Part shown: positions 1-62,648 of the stretch, in pieces
Layout of the letters: every line of letters begins with the position of its first letter
Numbering within the stretch: position 1 is the first letter of the stretch
Assembly: GCF_009914755.1 (NCBI RefSeq)
Contig: NC_060932.1
Length of the DNA stretch: 64,000 bases
Reading direction: 5' to 3' (one strand)
Origin: the human T2T-CHM13v2.0 reference genome, Homo sapiens
The notes under the pieces: model-generated
Databases searched by the model: none
The model's input: the letters and a program-made list of their open reading frames with translations, nothing else
What the model was told of the DNA's origin: nothing
Program-made: the position numbers and the translations under genes

Positions 1-309
1 GAAAGTGCTGGGATTACAGGAGTGAGACACCATGCCTGGCCTATTTTTCATTTTTTTTTAAGAGACTTGTTCTCACCATGTTGCTTGCATTAATGTTGCC
101 CAGGCTTGCCTCCAACTCTTGGACTCAAGATCCTCTCACTTCACCTGTCCCGAATAGCTGGGACAGGCATGCATCACCACACCCAGCATTTTTCATTTTT
201 ATAGATAAAAGAGCTGACAACTTTTCTTTACATAAATTAGCATTTTCCCACCCAGGATTTATGAAGCAATGGAACTCAATTCTTTGAACTCCTTCAAAGT
301 TCTATGTCA

Positions 310-616
<307 letters not shown>

Positions 617-679
617 TTCTATGTCAGATTATGGTGATCTACCACTAACACCTTTTTTTTTTTCAAGTTTTAATTTTCT

Positions 680-3330
<2,651 letters not shown>

Positions 3331-3849
3331 AATTCTGCGACCATATGTTAAAACTGCTACAATACTACGTATTTGGGAGGAGATACTTAGATCAAGCATC
3401 CTGCTTCTCTTTGGAGTACCAACCCCTGATTTAAGTATTTATCATCAATTTTAAAAATGTAACCTGGCAACTCAGTTAGGTCTTTCTTCAATTTTGTTGA
3501 AAACCAATAATTGAGAACCAATTGGGAAATCAATATCTACGTATTTCCCATGGCGTCCAGTGGCCCAGAGATTCCTACACTATCGGTGGACACATCACAG
3601 TAAGATTAGACTGAGGATTGGCGAGGGGTGCGCCGTTCTTGTGTAAAGCGGGAGAAGAGTGTATTATCGTTAGGCAACATTTTAGGATATAGGATAAACA
3701 CTGGTGTCCTGAAAACGTTCCTGGCCGCAACACTCTCAGAGGTTTGCATTCTCGAGTTTGGAGACCATGGCTCTGAAAGACTCAACTCACTCCACTGATG
3801 CCAGCCACCAGCTACTGTTGATGACTTCCCAAGTTCGTACTTTCAGTCC

Positions 3850-38061
<34,212 letters not shown>

Positions 38062-38670
38062 CCAGGTCCCTCTTTTCTGTCAAGGACTTTCTGGGAATAA
38101 TACTGGGGGTTTTGTTTTTGTTTTTGAACTGTCTCAAATGTTCTCCCAAAGATGCTAAAAACACAGCCTCTCCTTTTAGCAAGTTAAAAGGCTGGGTAGG
38201 ACTGCGGGAGACTGCCTGCCTTTCACCATTTTCTCCCCACTTCCAGTGACTGCTCTTATTTTGTGTACCATAAGCCAACAACCGCTGACTCCAGGATTGC
38301 ATAAGCCCCCTGTGAAATCGGTGCTGTACTGCATACCCTGCCAGCTGTGACTTGTTATCCTACTATATTTTCTAAGGAGTGAATAATATTGTCCGAGTAA
38401 CTAACTTATTTAAAAGACATTTCCTTCTGTGGGCATTGACTGTATCCCACCTGTTTTCCAAGGAAATGGTAACCTGTTTCTGAGAACACCTGAAATCAAT
38501 GGCTATACATTCCAAACCAATCTAAACGCTATTTCCTTTTGGTGTGGGTTTGGTTTTGTTCATTTTGAAATACACTTTTGAACACTGAGATCCGTAAAAC
38601 TACTAGATCTCTGGAAGTGTAATTGTGAAAGAAACTTGCTTGCAGCTTTAACAAAATGAGAAACTTCCCA

Positions 38671-38676
38671 AATAAA
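38671..38676 (+). terminator. ASH2L proximal poly(A) signal AATAAA
   Basis: AATAAA about 610 nt after the stop, followed by GT/T-rich sequence. Confidence 0.8.
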
Positions 38677-39027
38677 ACTTGTTTTGAAGTTTATGTGACA
38701 CTTTGCTTCCCTTCAGATTGGGTGCCTCTTGGTGACAGTGTTCAGAAATGTAAGCAGCACGAGGAAGGGAGCTGGCACTGGGAGGAAGAGCCGGGTTTCT
38801 GAGTTGTGTTTTGGCTGCTTTCCTATTGCTCCCATTCTTGCCAATCAGCCACCCCCTTTCCTGTGAAAATCTGCCACCTTGAGGAGAGGAACAAGAGTTT
38901 AAAAGGGCTAATGATCTCCCTCCCGGTCTTCCCTTGGAACATGGATGTTGATATATGTGCGGGTGGTTTCCTGTCTTGCTTATCTTCCTTTGCCCTGAGC
39001 TGATGGCTAAAGGGCAGTTTTCGGACT

Positions 39028-39033
39028 ATTAAA
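39028..39033 (+). terminator. ASH2L distal poly(A) signal ATTAAA
   Basis: Variant hexamer just before the Alu at 39061. Confidence 0.55.
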
Positions 39034-39060
39034 GACTGAAATGTAAGAATGAGCCTTCTA

Positions 39061-42608
<3,548 letters not shown>

Positions 42609-42672
42609 TGCATAGATTTTTTTAACAGTACAATATTAAAACAAAGACTGATGTTTGTGTGAATTATGATTC

Positions 42673-42678
42673 TTTATT
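42673..42678 (-). terminator. STAR proximal poly(A) signal
   Basis: TTTATT on + (AATAAA on -), about 600 nt after the stop; fits a ~1.6-kb mRNA. Confidence 0.75.
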
Positions 42679-43277
42679 CTGACTGGTGCCTATGAAAGCA
42701 ATAGGGAAACATGTCTACTAATGAGTTTTGTCTTTTTCCACAGAGAAAGCTTGGACTATATTTCTGGAAGGCACCCACTGTGGGGTGCTGCTTGTTCTGT
42801 GGTGTTGCTGTGCAGCGGCCGGGAGGAGCAGAGGGCTGCAGGAGACCCTCTGAGATTCTGCTTTGTGCACATGTACTGCCAGCGCATGGCATTCTTGAGC
42901 CCATAAAGCAAGACTTCTCAGGCCCTGTGGTTAGCATCCCCCACACCCATATCAGCCACTAGCATTTTAAAGATGGTTTTAGGTGGGTACATAAGGGCCC
43001 AGAAAAAAAGTTTTACAATTATTTTAGGGGCCTGAACCCTCATGTCATAGCTAATCAGTGAATGAAGTTACCTTTTAATCCAAGAGCCTCATCCCTGTTT
43101 TCTTGGTACTAAAAACTTTCACCAATCTGAATCCTAGTGTCATACTCTAAACACGAACCCCACCCATCCCACTGTCACCAGATGGAGATCTTAGACTTGC
43201 AGGCTTCCAGTAGGGATTCTCCTGATGAGCGTGTGTACCAGTGCAGCTGGGCACAGTTGGGAACAGCAGGCTGGTCT

Positions 43278-49894
<6,617 letters not shown>

Positions 49895-49977
49895 TCAAGG
49901 GTGGTTCTTCGTCCTTCCTGAGCCCCTCAAGCTTCGCCTCTGAGTCCCGCAGCTGCAGCCTGGACCTGGTGTTCTGC

Positions 49978-50121
49978 GTCTTAAATGTCCCCCACTGAAG
50001 GCTGTGCATCATCATCAGGAGATAAAAACGCCATCACTCACTGTGCAAAGGAAGGGGTCAAGGATAGAGCGATTGCCTCACACTGCTGCTTTGGCCGTTT
50101 GTGGGGAGCTTGGGGCGGGGG
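49978..50121 (-). promoter_or_regulatory. STAR proximal promoter
   Basis: TTTAA TATA-like element ~49981-49985; SF-1-like CTGAAGGCTG 49995-50004; AGATAA 50020-50025; SF-1 GTCAAGGATAG 50057-50067; C/EBP-like GATTGCCTCA 50071-50080; GC box 50112-50121. Order matches the described human STAR promoter. Confidence 0.85.
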
Positions 50122-50296
50122 AGGGTGCAGGGGAGAGTAGGGAGGACAGGGCCAGGCGAGGGATGGAGGGGAGAGAAGCAGGGGCAGCTTAGATGAAGGC
50201 ACACAGTGGTTTTCAAGACTTTAAAGTGCAGATTTCTAGCCCTTGTCTTCAGAAACTCCAGGCTCAGCTGATCTGGAATTGAGGCTCAGAAACCTG

Positions 50297-50329
<33 letters not shown>

Positions 50330-50441
50330 AAGGAAAAGAAAAGAAAAAAGAAAAAAAGAAAAGAAAAAAACTTCCCTTGGCCAGGCGCGGTGGCTTACGC
50401 CTGTAACCCCAGCACTTTGGGAGGCCGAGGTGGGCAGATCA

Positions 50442-50657
<216 letters not shown>

Positions 50658-50855
50658 TCATAAATAAATAAATTAAATAAATAAATAAATAAATACCCAG
50701 TGGTTGCAATGCAGGTGTTGTGTGGACTACACACTACACTTTGAGAACCACCATCTCGCGAGAGTGAGCCAGGGTGTTTACCAGGCAGTAGAGACCATAT
50801 GGCTGCTCTTCTTCTGGGTGAGGACCCTGAAGTCCACAGAGTGGAACTGACTTGT

Positions 50856-50864
50856 TCAAGGTCA
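50856..50864 (+). promoter_or_regulatory. Distal NR5A1/SF-1 consensus site about 0.9 kb upstream of STAR
   Basis: Perfect TCAAGGTCA. Confidence 0.8.
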
Positions 50865-51424
50865 AACAGCTGGCCAGTGGCAGGGCCAGTACAACAACCC
50901 AAGCCTCTGGCCTTCAAGCCATCTGTACACAGTTCCTCCTGCGGTCCCCAGGACGCTTGGTATATTCAACTGTCAATTTATTTACTCATCTATTTATAGA
51001 AACCACCTTTCCCAAAGTCCTGTTCCGAGTGAGGGTTCTTAGGGGTCTGTGCTGGAGCAAGGATGACCTCTCGTGGCTGAGTCGCGGGGGGGCGGGGGGG
51101 GGTGCGGGGCAGCCCTATCAGTATACGGCAGAGAGAAGAGGAGGGCCTGGGCCACGCCCACACCCTTCCTCACACTTTCCCGCCAGTAGCTTTGTCTGAG
51201 TGAGCTGGGCTGGGGGTCTTGGTATGTGCAGAAAGCTTGAAAAGACAGGGCATGGGCTGGGCACAGTGGCTCATGCCTGTAATCCCAGCACTTTGGGAGG
51301 CTGAGGCGGGCAGATCACAAGGTCAGGAGTTTGAGACCAGCCTGACCAACATGGTGAAACCTCGTCTCTACTGACAATACAAAAATTAGCCGGGAGTGGT
51401 AGCGTATGCCTATAATCCCAGCTA

Positions 51425-51532
<108 letters not shown>

Positions 51533-53455
51533 TCAAAACAAAAACAAAAACAAAAAAACAAAAATTAGCCAGGCATAGTGGCAGGCACCTGTAATCCCAG
51601 CTACTCAGGAGGCTGAGGCAGAATTGCTTGAACTTGGGAGGTAGAGGTTGCAGTGATCTGAGATCACACCATTGCATTCCAGCCTGGATGACAGAGCGCG
51701 AGACTCTGTTGCAAAAAAAAAAAAAGGAAAAAAAGAAAAGACAGGGCGTTGGGGTGTTCACCCTAGTCTTTGCACTTTAGGGGCCCTGTCAGGCTGAGCA
51801 AGGCCCCACGAGGCCTCTGCATTTCCCACTCACCCTTACCCAGGCGCAGCACGTGCTGGGCTCTGACTCTGACGGAATCTCTTCCCTTTACAGTGACCTT
51901 GAGGCTGCTTTTAAGCCAGATTCACTGGGCAAGAATATTGGGAGTGGAAAAACTCACACTGGAACTGCCCCTGGCCCAGGCCCTGCTCCCTGTGGGAGGG
52001 AGTTCTGTGTCCTGCCACCACCTCACAGAGGCAGAGGGGAGCCCTAAAAATGGGGAGCAGTGCCGGGGCCCCATGCACTCTCGCTGTCTCCCCGACACCA
52101 GACAGGGTGAAAGGGACAGGATCTGCTCAGAGCCAGGCCTGGCACTTGGAGCCCATATAGAACAGGGGAGTCACCCCCCTGGCCCCCGATTTCCACCCCG
52201 GTGATGCAGTCGGGGAATCCTGTGAGCAGAGGCTGCCTAGAGGTACCCGGCCCCTTCCTCAAAACCTCCTCCAGGAAACCTTCCTAGACCATCCTGGTCT
52301 TCTGGAATGCTGGCTCCTCCCACCACACCCTTACTGTCAGTATCACTTGAGGGGCTTAGTTCTGGTCCTGATTTGTTGAATGGTTTGTATGTGTTTGCTT
52401 GTCTCTTCTGTGGAATTATCTCCCCAAGGCAGGTGCTGGGTCCACTTTCCCCCTTAAAAGCTGTCCCCACCCTCAGCACTCACCTCCAGCAGAGACACAG
52501 GGGACTCTTGCTCCTTCTCTATTAAAACTTTTTTTTTTTTTAATTTTTAAAAATAGAGACGGGGTCTTGCTATGTTACCCAGGCTGGTCTTGAACTCCTG
52601 GGGTCAAGCCATCCTCCTGCCTCGGCCTCCCAAAGTGAGCCACTGTGCCTGGTGTGCTCCTCCTCTATTGAGTGACCAACTGGGAAAGCAGCTAGGGGTG
52701 CAGGTATATCTTTAGACTCAGGAAACCTGCCTGAAGGCATTGTTTCCAGCCCTCAGTCCCCAAGGAAGACAGCAGGGCCTCTCCCCCGTCGCCAGCCTGT
52801 GCCTAGGCCCTCTACCTTTCAGAGAGGAGGTGCAGTGGATGAGCTGGGCAGGTGGGGTGCCAGCTCCCCCGGCTCCTCCCTCTGATCTGCTGGGGCATGT
52901 GCCTCTCCTGCACATGTGTGTCTGCAGGCCTGCCTCAGCGAGGTGGGGGGAGGGGGAAGGCGGTTATTATGGGACAGGCCATGCAGATGATGATCAAGGC
53001 CCTGCTGCTGCCTTCCTGTGGAGAATTATGGCCATTCTGAAAGGGGTGGAGGTGGTGTGGGAGACGGAGGATAGAGCCTATGGCTGTGGCTGATGTCAGA
53101 GGCTGCCATTGACTCCTGGGAGGGGGTGGTTGGGAGGTGGTGCTGGGTGACCTCTGCAAGGGCCAAGGCTCTCTCCCTCATCCTTTCCAGGCAGAATGAC
53201 TCATTAACTCTCTCCATCCCTCTGAGCAGTAAAGTGGCGAGAGAGGTCTGGGAATTTCCTCTGGTTCTGGACCATCTGTATCTGGCTCTGCTTTTTGATG
53301 AGGGCAGAGCTTCCAAGAAAGGAGGCCAGATGACCATGGCAGGCCATGGGGGAGGAGAGCCAGGAGGCCAGCTCAGGTGGTGTGGATGTGCCATGCTGGA
53401 GAGGAAGGCCCCCAGGCCAGGCGAGAGAGCCAGGGCTTTGGAGCAAAAAAGGGGA

Positions 53456-53578
53456 TTCCTTCCTTCCTTCCTTCCTTCCTTCCTTCCTTCCTTCCTTCCT
53501 TCCTCCCTCCCTCCCTCCCTCCCTCTCTCCCTCCCTCCCTCCCTCTCTCCCTCCCTCCCTCTCTCCCTCCCTCCCTCC
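53456..53578. repeat. (TTCC)12 followed by (CCCT/CTCT)n
   Basis: Directly visible. Confidence 0.95.
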
Positions 53579-54231
53579 ATTCATTCAACAGTCCTTTCCT
53601 GAATGTCTCTATGTGGCTCTAAAGTTAGGACAATATGAGTTGAACCATAGACCCAGTATGGACAGTCGTAGAGCAGATGAGGTGTTTTGGAAGTAGAGAT
53701 GATGGAACCTCTAATTCTATGGGGGAGGGAGGGAGGAATGTTACGGAAGGCTTCTGGAAAATACGAATGGGAGTTAGCTAGGTTTGTGGAGGGGGTTGAA
53801 AATAGAGAGTTGATGGGGTAAGGGTGTCCCAGGTAGAGCAGATGGCCAGCAGCTTGGAGGAGACTCTGAGGGCTGCGAGCTGGCTGTCAGGGGAAGCTTG
53901 GGCCATTCCACGTGGCCTCAGCCTCCCAAAGTGCTGGGATTACAGGCGTGAGCCACAACGCCCAGCCTCTTTTTATTTTCTTCATCCTCTCAGGTTAGTT
54001 ATAAGGTTTAAATGAGGTAACAATACATCAATACCTCACAAGATAAAGTCCAGAATTCTTAGCACAATTCCAATTTGGCCATTCCAGTTCTCACCTGGAT
54101 TCTACCCAGCAGTGCTCAGCTCTCCCTGTGGTGCCTGCTGCCATCCATCCTGTGCATACCTTCTCTGTTCCAGGGATACTTGCAGTGCAGTCTCCCCTCA
54201 GAGGCTGTCCTCTGTGCCTTTCCTCACCCTA

Positions 54232-54750
<519 letters not shown>

Positions 54751-54917
54751 TCAGCCTCCCGAGTAGCTGGGATTACAGGCACGCACCACCACACTTGGCT
54801 AATTTTTGTATTTTTAGTAGAGATGGGGTTTTATCATGTTGGGCAGGCTGGTCTTGAACTCCTGACCTTGGGATCCACCCACCTTGGCCTCCCAAAGTGC
54901 TGAGATTATAGGCGTGA

Positions 54918-55244
<327 letters not shown>

Positions 55245-55952
55245 TAACCTTTTAAAATCTCCTGTCTCTCTCTGTGAAAAGTGGGGCTAATAGTTGCATC
55301 TTAGCATATGCCTGGCTGCCATCTAGCAGTCAATAAATTTTAGGGTGATGGATGCTTACTCAACTTTAAATTCTGTTGGAGTCTCTTGTTTCCCCCCCTC
55401 ACCCACCATTTCAAGCAGGTAAGCCCGACTTTTGATTTCCTTTCCCAGGAATTTTGGCAGAGAACATAGAGCATTTGGTCTTTTGTAATCACCTAAACCA
55501 GAAGAACAAACTGAATTTAGCCCTCACAATATTTAATTTGACCTACACACCATTTTAAGAACACTTTGAATTCATTGCCACTGTAAACTATAGGGACAGA
55601 AAATAGATCAGTGTTATCCAGGGGCTGGAAAGGAGGAAAGAAATACACAGGGCAGGAGTGATGAAAATATTCTGTATCTTGATCGTGATAGTGGTTACAT
55701 AACTATACTCAGTTGTTAAAACTTATAGAACTCCACACCAAAAAGGCTGAATTTTACTTTATGTAAATTACACCTCAGTAAACCTGATCAGAAAAAAAAC
55801 TGTGTCTTGGTGATGGATTCCCAGGCATTCTGGGTTCCTGACCTTGAGATCTGCCCAGCAGTGAGCCCTCTCTCTTTCTATTGGCCCCAGCTACGTACTT
55901 GGGTCGTGACACCACTCAGTTCTCTGGGTTCCCAAAGCAACAGGCTTTGAGG

Positions 55953-56054
55953 CCTTTTTTTTCTTTTCCCTTCTTTTTTCTTTTCTTTCTTTCTTTTTCT
56001 TTCTTTCTTTCTTTTTCTTTCTCTTTCTTTCTTTTTCTTTCTCTTTCTTTCCTT

Positions 56055-56107
<53 letters not shown>

Positions 56108-56125
56108 TTCCTTCTTTCTCTCTCT

Positions 56126-56166
<41 letters not shown>
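55953..56166. repeat. Polypyrimidine tract of ~210 bp ending in T40
   Basis: Directly visible; adjoins the tail of a minus-strand Alu. Confidence 0.93.
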
Positions 56167-56167
<1 letters not shown>

Positions 56168-56254
56168 GATACAGAGTCTCGCTCTGTTGTCCAGGCTAGA
56201 GTGCAGCGGCACGGTCTCAGCTTACTGCAACTTCCGCCTCACAGGCTCAAGTGA

Positions 56255-56534
<280 letters not shown>

Positions 56535-56612
56535 TAGCCAGGATGGTCTCGATTTCCTGACCTCGTGATCCGCCTGCCTCGGCCTCCCAAAGTGCTGGGA
56601 TTACAGGCGTGA

Positions 56613-56771
<159 letters not shown>

Positions 56772-57063
56772 TAACTTTTGATCTTTGGCCACTTAGGTGA
56801 ATACAGGACCAGCTTAATTGGTAAAATCAAGCACCCTTAAAGCAGTCTCTTGCTCCCATTATCCACAGGACCCCTATAGGGTGACATGCAAGATGGGGGT
56901 GGGCACTGCAGCCCACATCTGCCTGGAGGACAATTAGGAGGAGAACAGGTAGAAGAAAATCTTTACTCCCAGCAACCCTGACAGGCACCCAGCTCCCTGT
57001 CCAACCCTCACCCCCATGTTTTCCTGGGATGCTTTTCCAGGTTTTTTTTTTTTTTTTTTTTGA

Positions 57064-57387
<324 letters not shown>

Positions 57388-57576
57388 TGAAGGGCTATGG
57401 CCTGCACTAAAGGCTGCCTCCACAGTAGGGGAACATCTCCATATTCAATGTAAGGACTGATCACTACTAATTATCCTACTCCTGGCCGCTCAGTGGTCGC
57501 AACTGTCTTCACCTTTTGGGGTCGTACTGGTCTCTGAAGCATATTGGTAAGCCAGCCTGAACTTACTTCATGCTTT

Positions 57577-57620
57577 CATCCATCCATCCATCCATCCATC
57601 CATCCATCCATCCATCCATC
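57577..57620. repeat. (CATC)11 microsatellite
   Basis: Directly visible. Confidence 0.95.
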
Positions 57621-57621
57621 C

Positions 57622-58345
<724 letters not shown>

Positions 58346-58696
58346 TGAAGATAGTGAGAGAAGGATTCATGCAAATTTCGGGGAATAGCATGTGTTAAGC
58401 CCAGAGATCAACAGATTCATCCCCATCCAGGGCACAGGTGATTTTCAGGAGTTGAGAAGAAAGATATGAAAATGAACGTGGACTTAAAATTTTTTTTTTC
58501 TGTACCTCAATGGATGCAAATACTCTTTTCCTTCGTAGTTGAAATAAGCACATACAAATTTACTATAAGGTAGTGTTTTTCAAATGTTTCTGACAGCCAG
58601 GCACAGTAACAAATTTATTTTACATCTCCAGTATCTGCATACATGCAGATAACAAGTTTCACACATGGCCTAACTTTATTATGTGATGCGCTTTGA

Positions 58697-59055
<359 letters not shown>

Positions 59056-61113
59056 TGAGTAGGTGGGACGACAGGCGTATGCCACACCTGGCTAATTTTT
59101 TGTATTTTTGGTAGAGATGATATTTCGCCATGTTGCCCAGGCTGGTCTCGAACTCCTGAGCTCAAGTGATTCACCCACCTCGGCCTCCCCAACTGCTGGG
59201 ATTACAGGCGTGAGCCACCTGCATTCTATTTTTTATTCTAGTCCACTCAAAAAAGAAATTCTGGGCCACGTGCAGTCAGTCATCTTGGGCAGGTGTGCCT
59301 ACTCTGCCTCCTGGCCTACCCCTTCTGCTGTCTGCACTGTGCTTGGCCTCCCTGTCCTGGCCCACTCACACTCCTGTGAAGAAAATGATACTTTCCAGCC
59401 TTCTTCACCTGTGATATCACTGGGACTCATCCTGACCTGGCTTCCCTGAGCGTCCATAATGGACAGTATGAGGGTACTTGGCTCCACTAAGTATCCAGAG
59501 CCTGTTTGGATTTTATCAGATCAGGGAGGGGAGCAGATACTGCGGTTTAAACTTAGCTAAGAGCATGCAGTCTAAGAAGGTTACGGGCTAAGGGCGAAAA
59601 AAAAAAAGAGTAAGAGATATGCTGCTGTACTCAATTATTTCAGAAAACAGATGGCCAGAAAGGGGTCTTTGGTAGATCTTCCTATTTTTCTACCCTGAAA
59701 GCAGTCTCAAGCCCCAATTGGAAGAACTTTATTTTTCTACCCTGAAAGCAGCCTCAAGGGAAGCTGGGCGTGGTGGGGCATGCCCGTAATCCCAGCTACT
59801 CGGGAGGCTGAGACAGGAGAATTGCTTGAACCCGGGAGGTGGAGGCTGCAGTGAGCTGAGATTCGTGCCATTGCACTCCAGCCTGGACAACAAGAGCAAA
59901 ACTCCGTCTCAAAAAAAAAAAAAAAAAAAAAGATAAAACAGAAGTATGAAATGGGACTGATTCTGAAGCCTAATAATACAAGAGTCCAGCAATGGTCGGG
60001 GAAAAAAGCATTAGATTTCAGTATCTGCAAAGACTGGCTTGGGTAAGGTGAGGGCAAACCATCCCACTGGGCAGTCGAGGAACTAAGAATGCTGCAGATA
60101 GTCCGGAGAGTTTCATCCTTTAGGTCCAAGTCTTGGCTGTTGGCTGTATGATAAAGGTCTAAAGCAAGACAGTACACACAATGACTGAAACCTTGCTATG
60201 GCTTGGAAATTCTTGGAATTTAACGTAAGAGTAAATCATAACTCTTGCCATTACAGTGGGAATTGATGGATGTTGAAAACACAAGATAACTGTAACGAAT
60301 TCACATTTCTTGGAGGTGTCACATGTTTTGAAGCAGTGGGGCTCTGAAAAACAAATGCTGTCATTCTGCTGAACTTCAGAGTATCTTACTGTAGTCACAC
60401 GTTTTTCAAAAGTTGGTATTTCTTCTCTTTATGTGGGTAGTTAATAATACATTCTATTAAACAGTAAGATGGGCAAAACATTAGATAAGCCATTAAGTGC
60501 AATAGTTTCCTCATAAGTTACCTACTATAAAATCAGCCCAATGATGAACAGTTCAGAAGTCAAATGGTTTGTAGGCCTTTTGGGCAGTTTTAAAAACCCC
60601 TGAGCTCATAAAATGTTAATACTATAAAATAATTCACACACATACAGGCCAAGCGTGGTGGCTCATGCCTGTAATCCCAGCACTTTGGGAGGCCGAGGCC
60701 AGAGGATCACTTGAGGTCAGGAGTTCGGGAACCCACCACGCCAACATGGTGAAACCCCGTCTCTACTAAAAGTACAAAAATTAAAGAGGGGTGTGGTGGT
60801 ACGTGCCTATAATCTCAGCTACTCGGGGAACCTGGGATGTGCAGGTTGCAGCGAGCCAAGATCGCACCTCTGCACTTCAGCCTGGGCGACAGAGCAAGAC
60901 TCTGTCTCAAAGAAAAAAAAAATAATAATAATAAATCACACACATACAAATTAGATATAAAATTTATGAAAATAACATTTTTGCTTAACAGAATATAAAA
61001 AGGAACTACCTGGAATAATCAGTTAAAATTACTGAGAATCAGAGGATGACTTACTCAAGCCTAATCTGCCAATAATTGCCAATTTCACACGGTATCTCCT
61101 AACTCCTAGTTGA

Positions 61114-61444
<331 letters not shown>

Positions 61445-61672
61445 TGAAGTACAAATCTGTTAAGCTTTTCATGCAATCCCTACTCTTCGACAGTCACACA
61501 AAGTGCCATCACTATGGGCTTTCAGTCACTACAATACCATTTATGTTCCTTTTTGATGAGAACGTTAAGATACTCAAGACTCAATACAAAGGACTAGAAC
61601 ACCTAATTAAATTAGCAGAAAACCTGGAGAACAAGCCACTGTAAGAACATGTTGGGTCTCGTGGGGACTTAG

Positions 61673-61963
<291 letters not shown>

Positions 61964-62332
61964 TAATTTTGTATTTTTAGTAGAGACAGGGTTTCTCCAT
62001 GTTGGTCAGGATGGTCTTCAACTCCCGACCTCAGGTGATCTACCCGCCTCGGCATCCCAAAGTGCTGGGATTACAGGCATGAGCCACCGCCCCTGCCGAA
62101 CATTTGTATTTCTTAACAGATACAAACATGGAAACAGGAGAGGACCCCTGAGATGACTGGAATAAAAATATTCCTTCCTAAGTAGCCAGCTACTTGAAAC
62201 TGTGACTGAAGGGGGAAATCCCAGTATGTGGACTGCTTATACCTTTGAGAGCAGAAACTTAATTAATCTATTAATCTATTCATTACAGGTAACTCAAACT
62301 TGGAAATAACATGACACTTTTGAGATTCATAT

Positions 62333-62338
62333 TTTATT
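62333..62338 (-). terminator. LSM1 poly(A) signal
   Basis: TTTATT on + (AATAAA on -), about 310 nt after the stop. Confidence 0.75.
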
Positions 62339-62648
62339 TACAAGTAAATGAAGACTGTCCCTGTAAACTCTAATTTGGGATATGAAGAACAATATAAAGA
62401 AGTAGTTGCTGGTGCCACAGTGATGTGTGAAGGAGTCTATGCCACTGTTTCTTTAAACAGTGATTTTGTTATTAAAAAAAAAACCCACCTACACGATTTC
62501 TTCATGTTGCATATGTAAAATAATTAAAAATAAAAGTGACTTTTCAAAACTCTACAGTCTGTGATCAAATGCGTGAGGTGGCCAGGATGTCACTTTCACT
62601 CAGTGACAGCCCCTACTCTTCAAGAGCCAACAGCCTCTGGGCAAAAGA

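Noticed and set aside
53026-53696. Long ORFs rich in EGRK/PSFL repeats, also at 49352-49606 and 55881-56276
   Set aside because: Simple-repeat translations
59737-60177. 146-aa minus-strand ORF
   Set aside because: The C-terminal part is Alu-derived and the remainder resembles no protein I recognise
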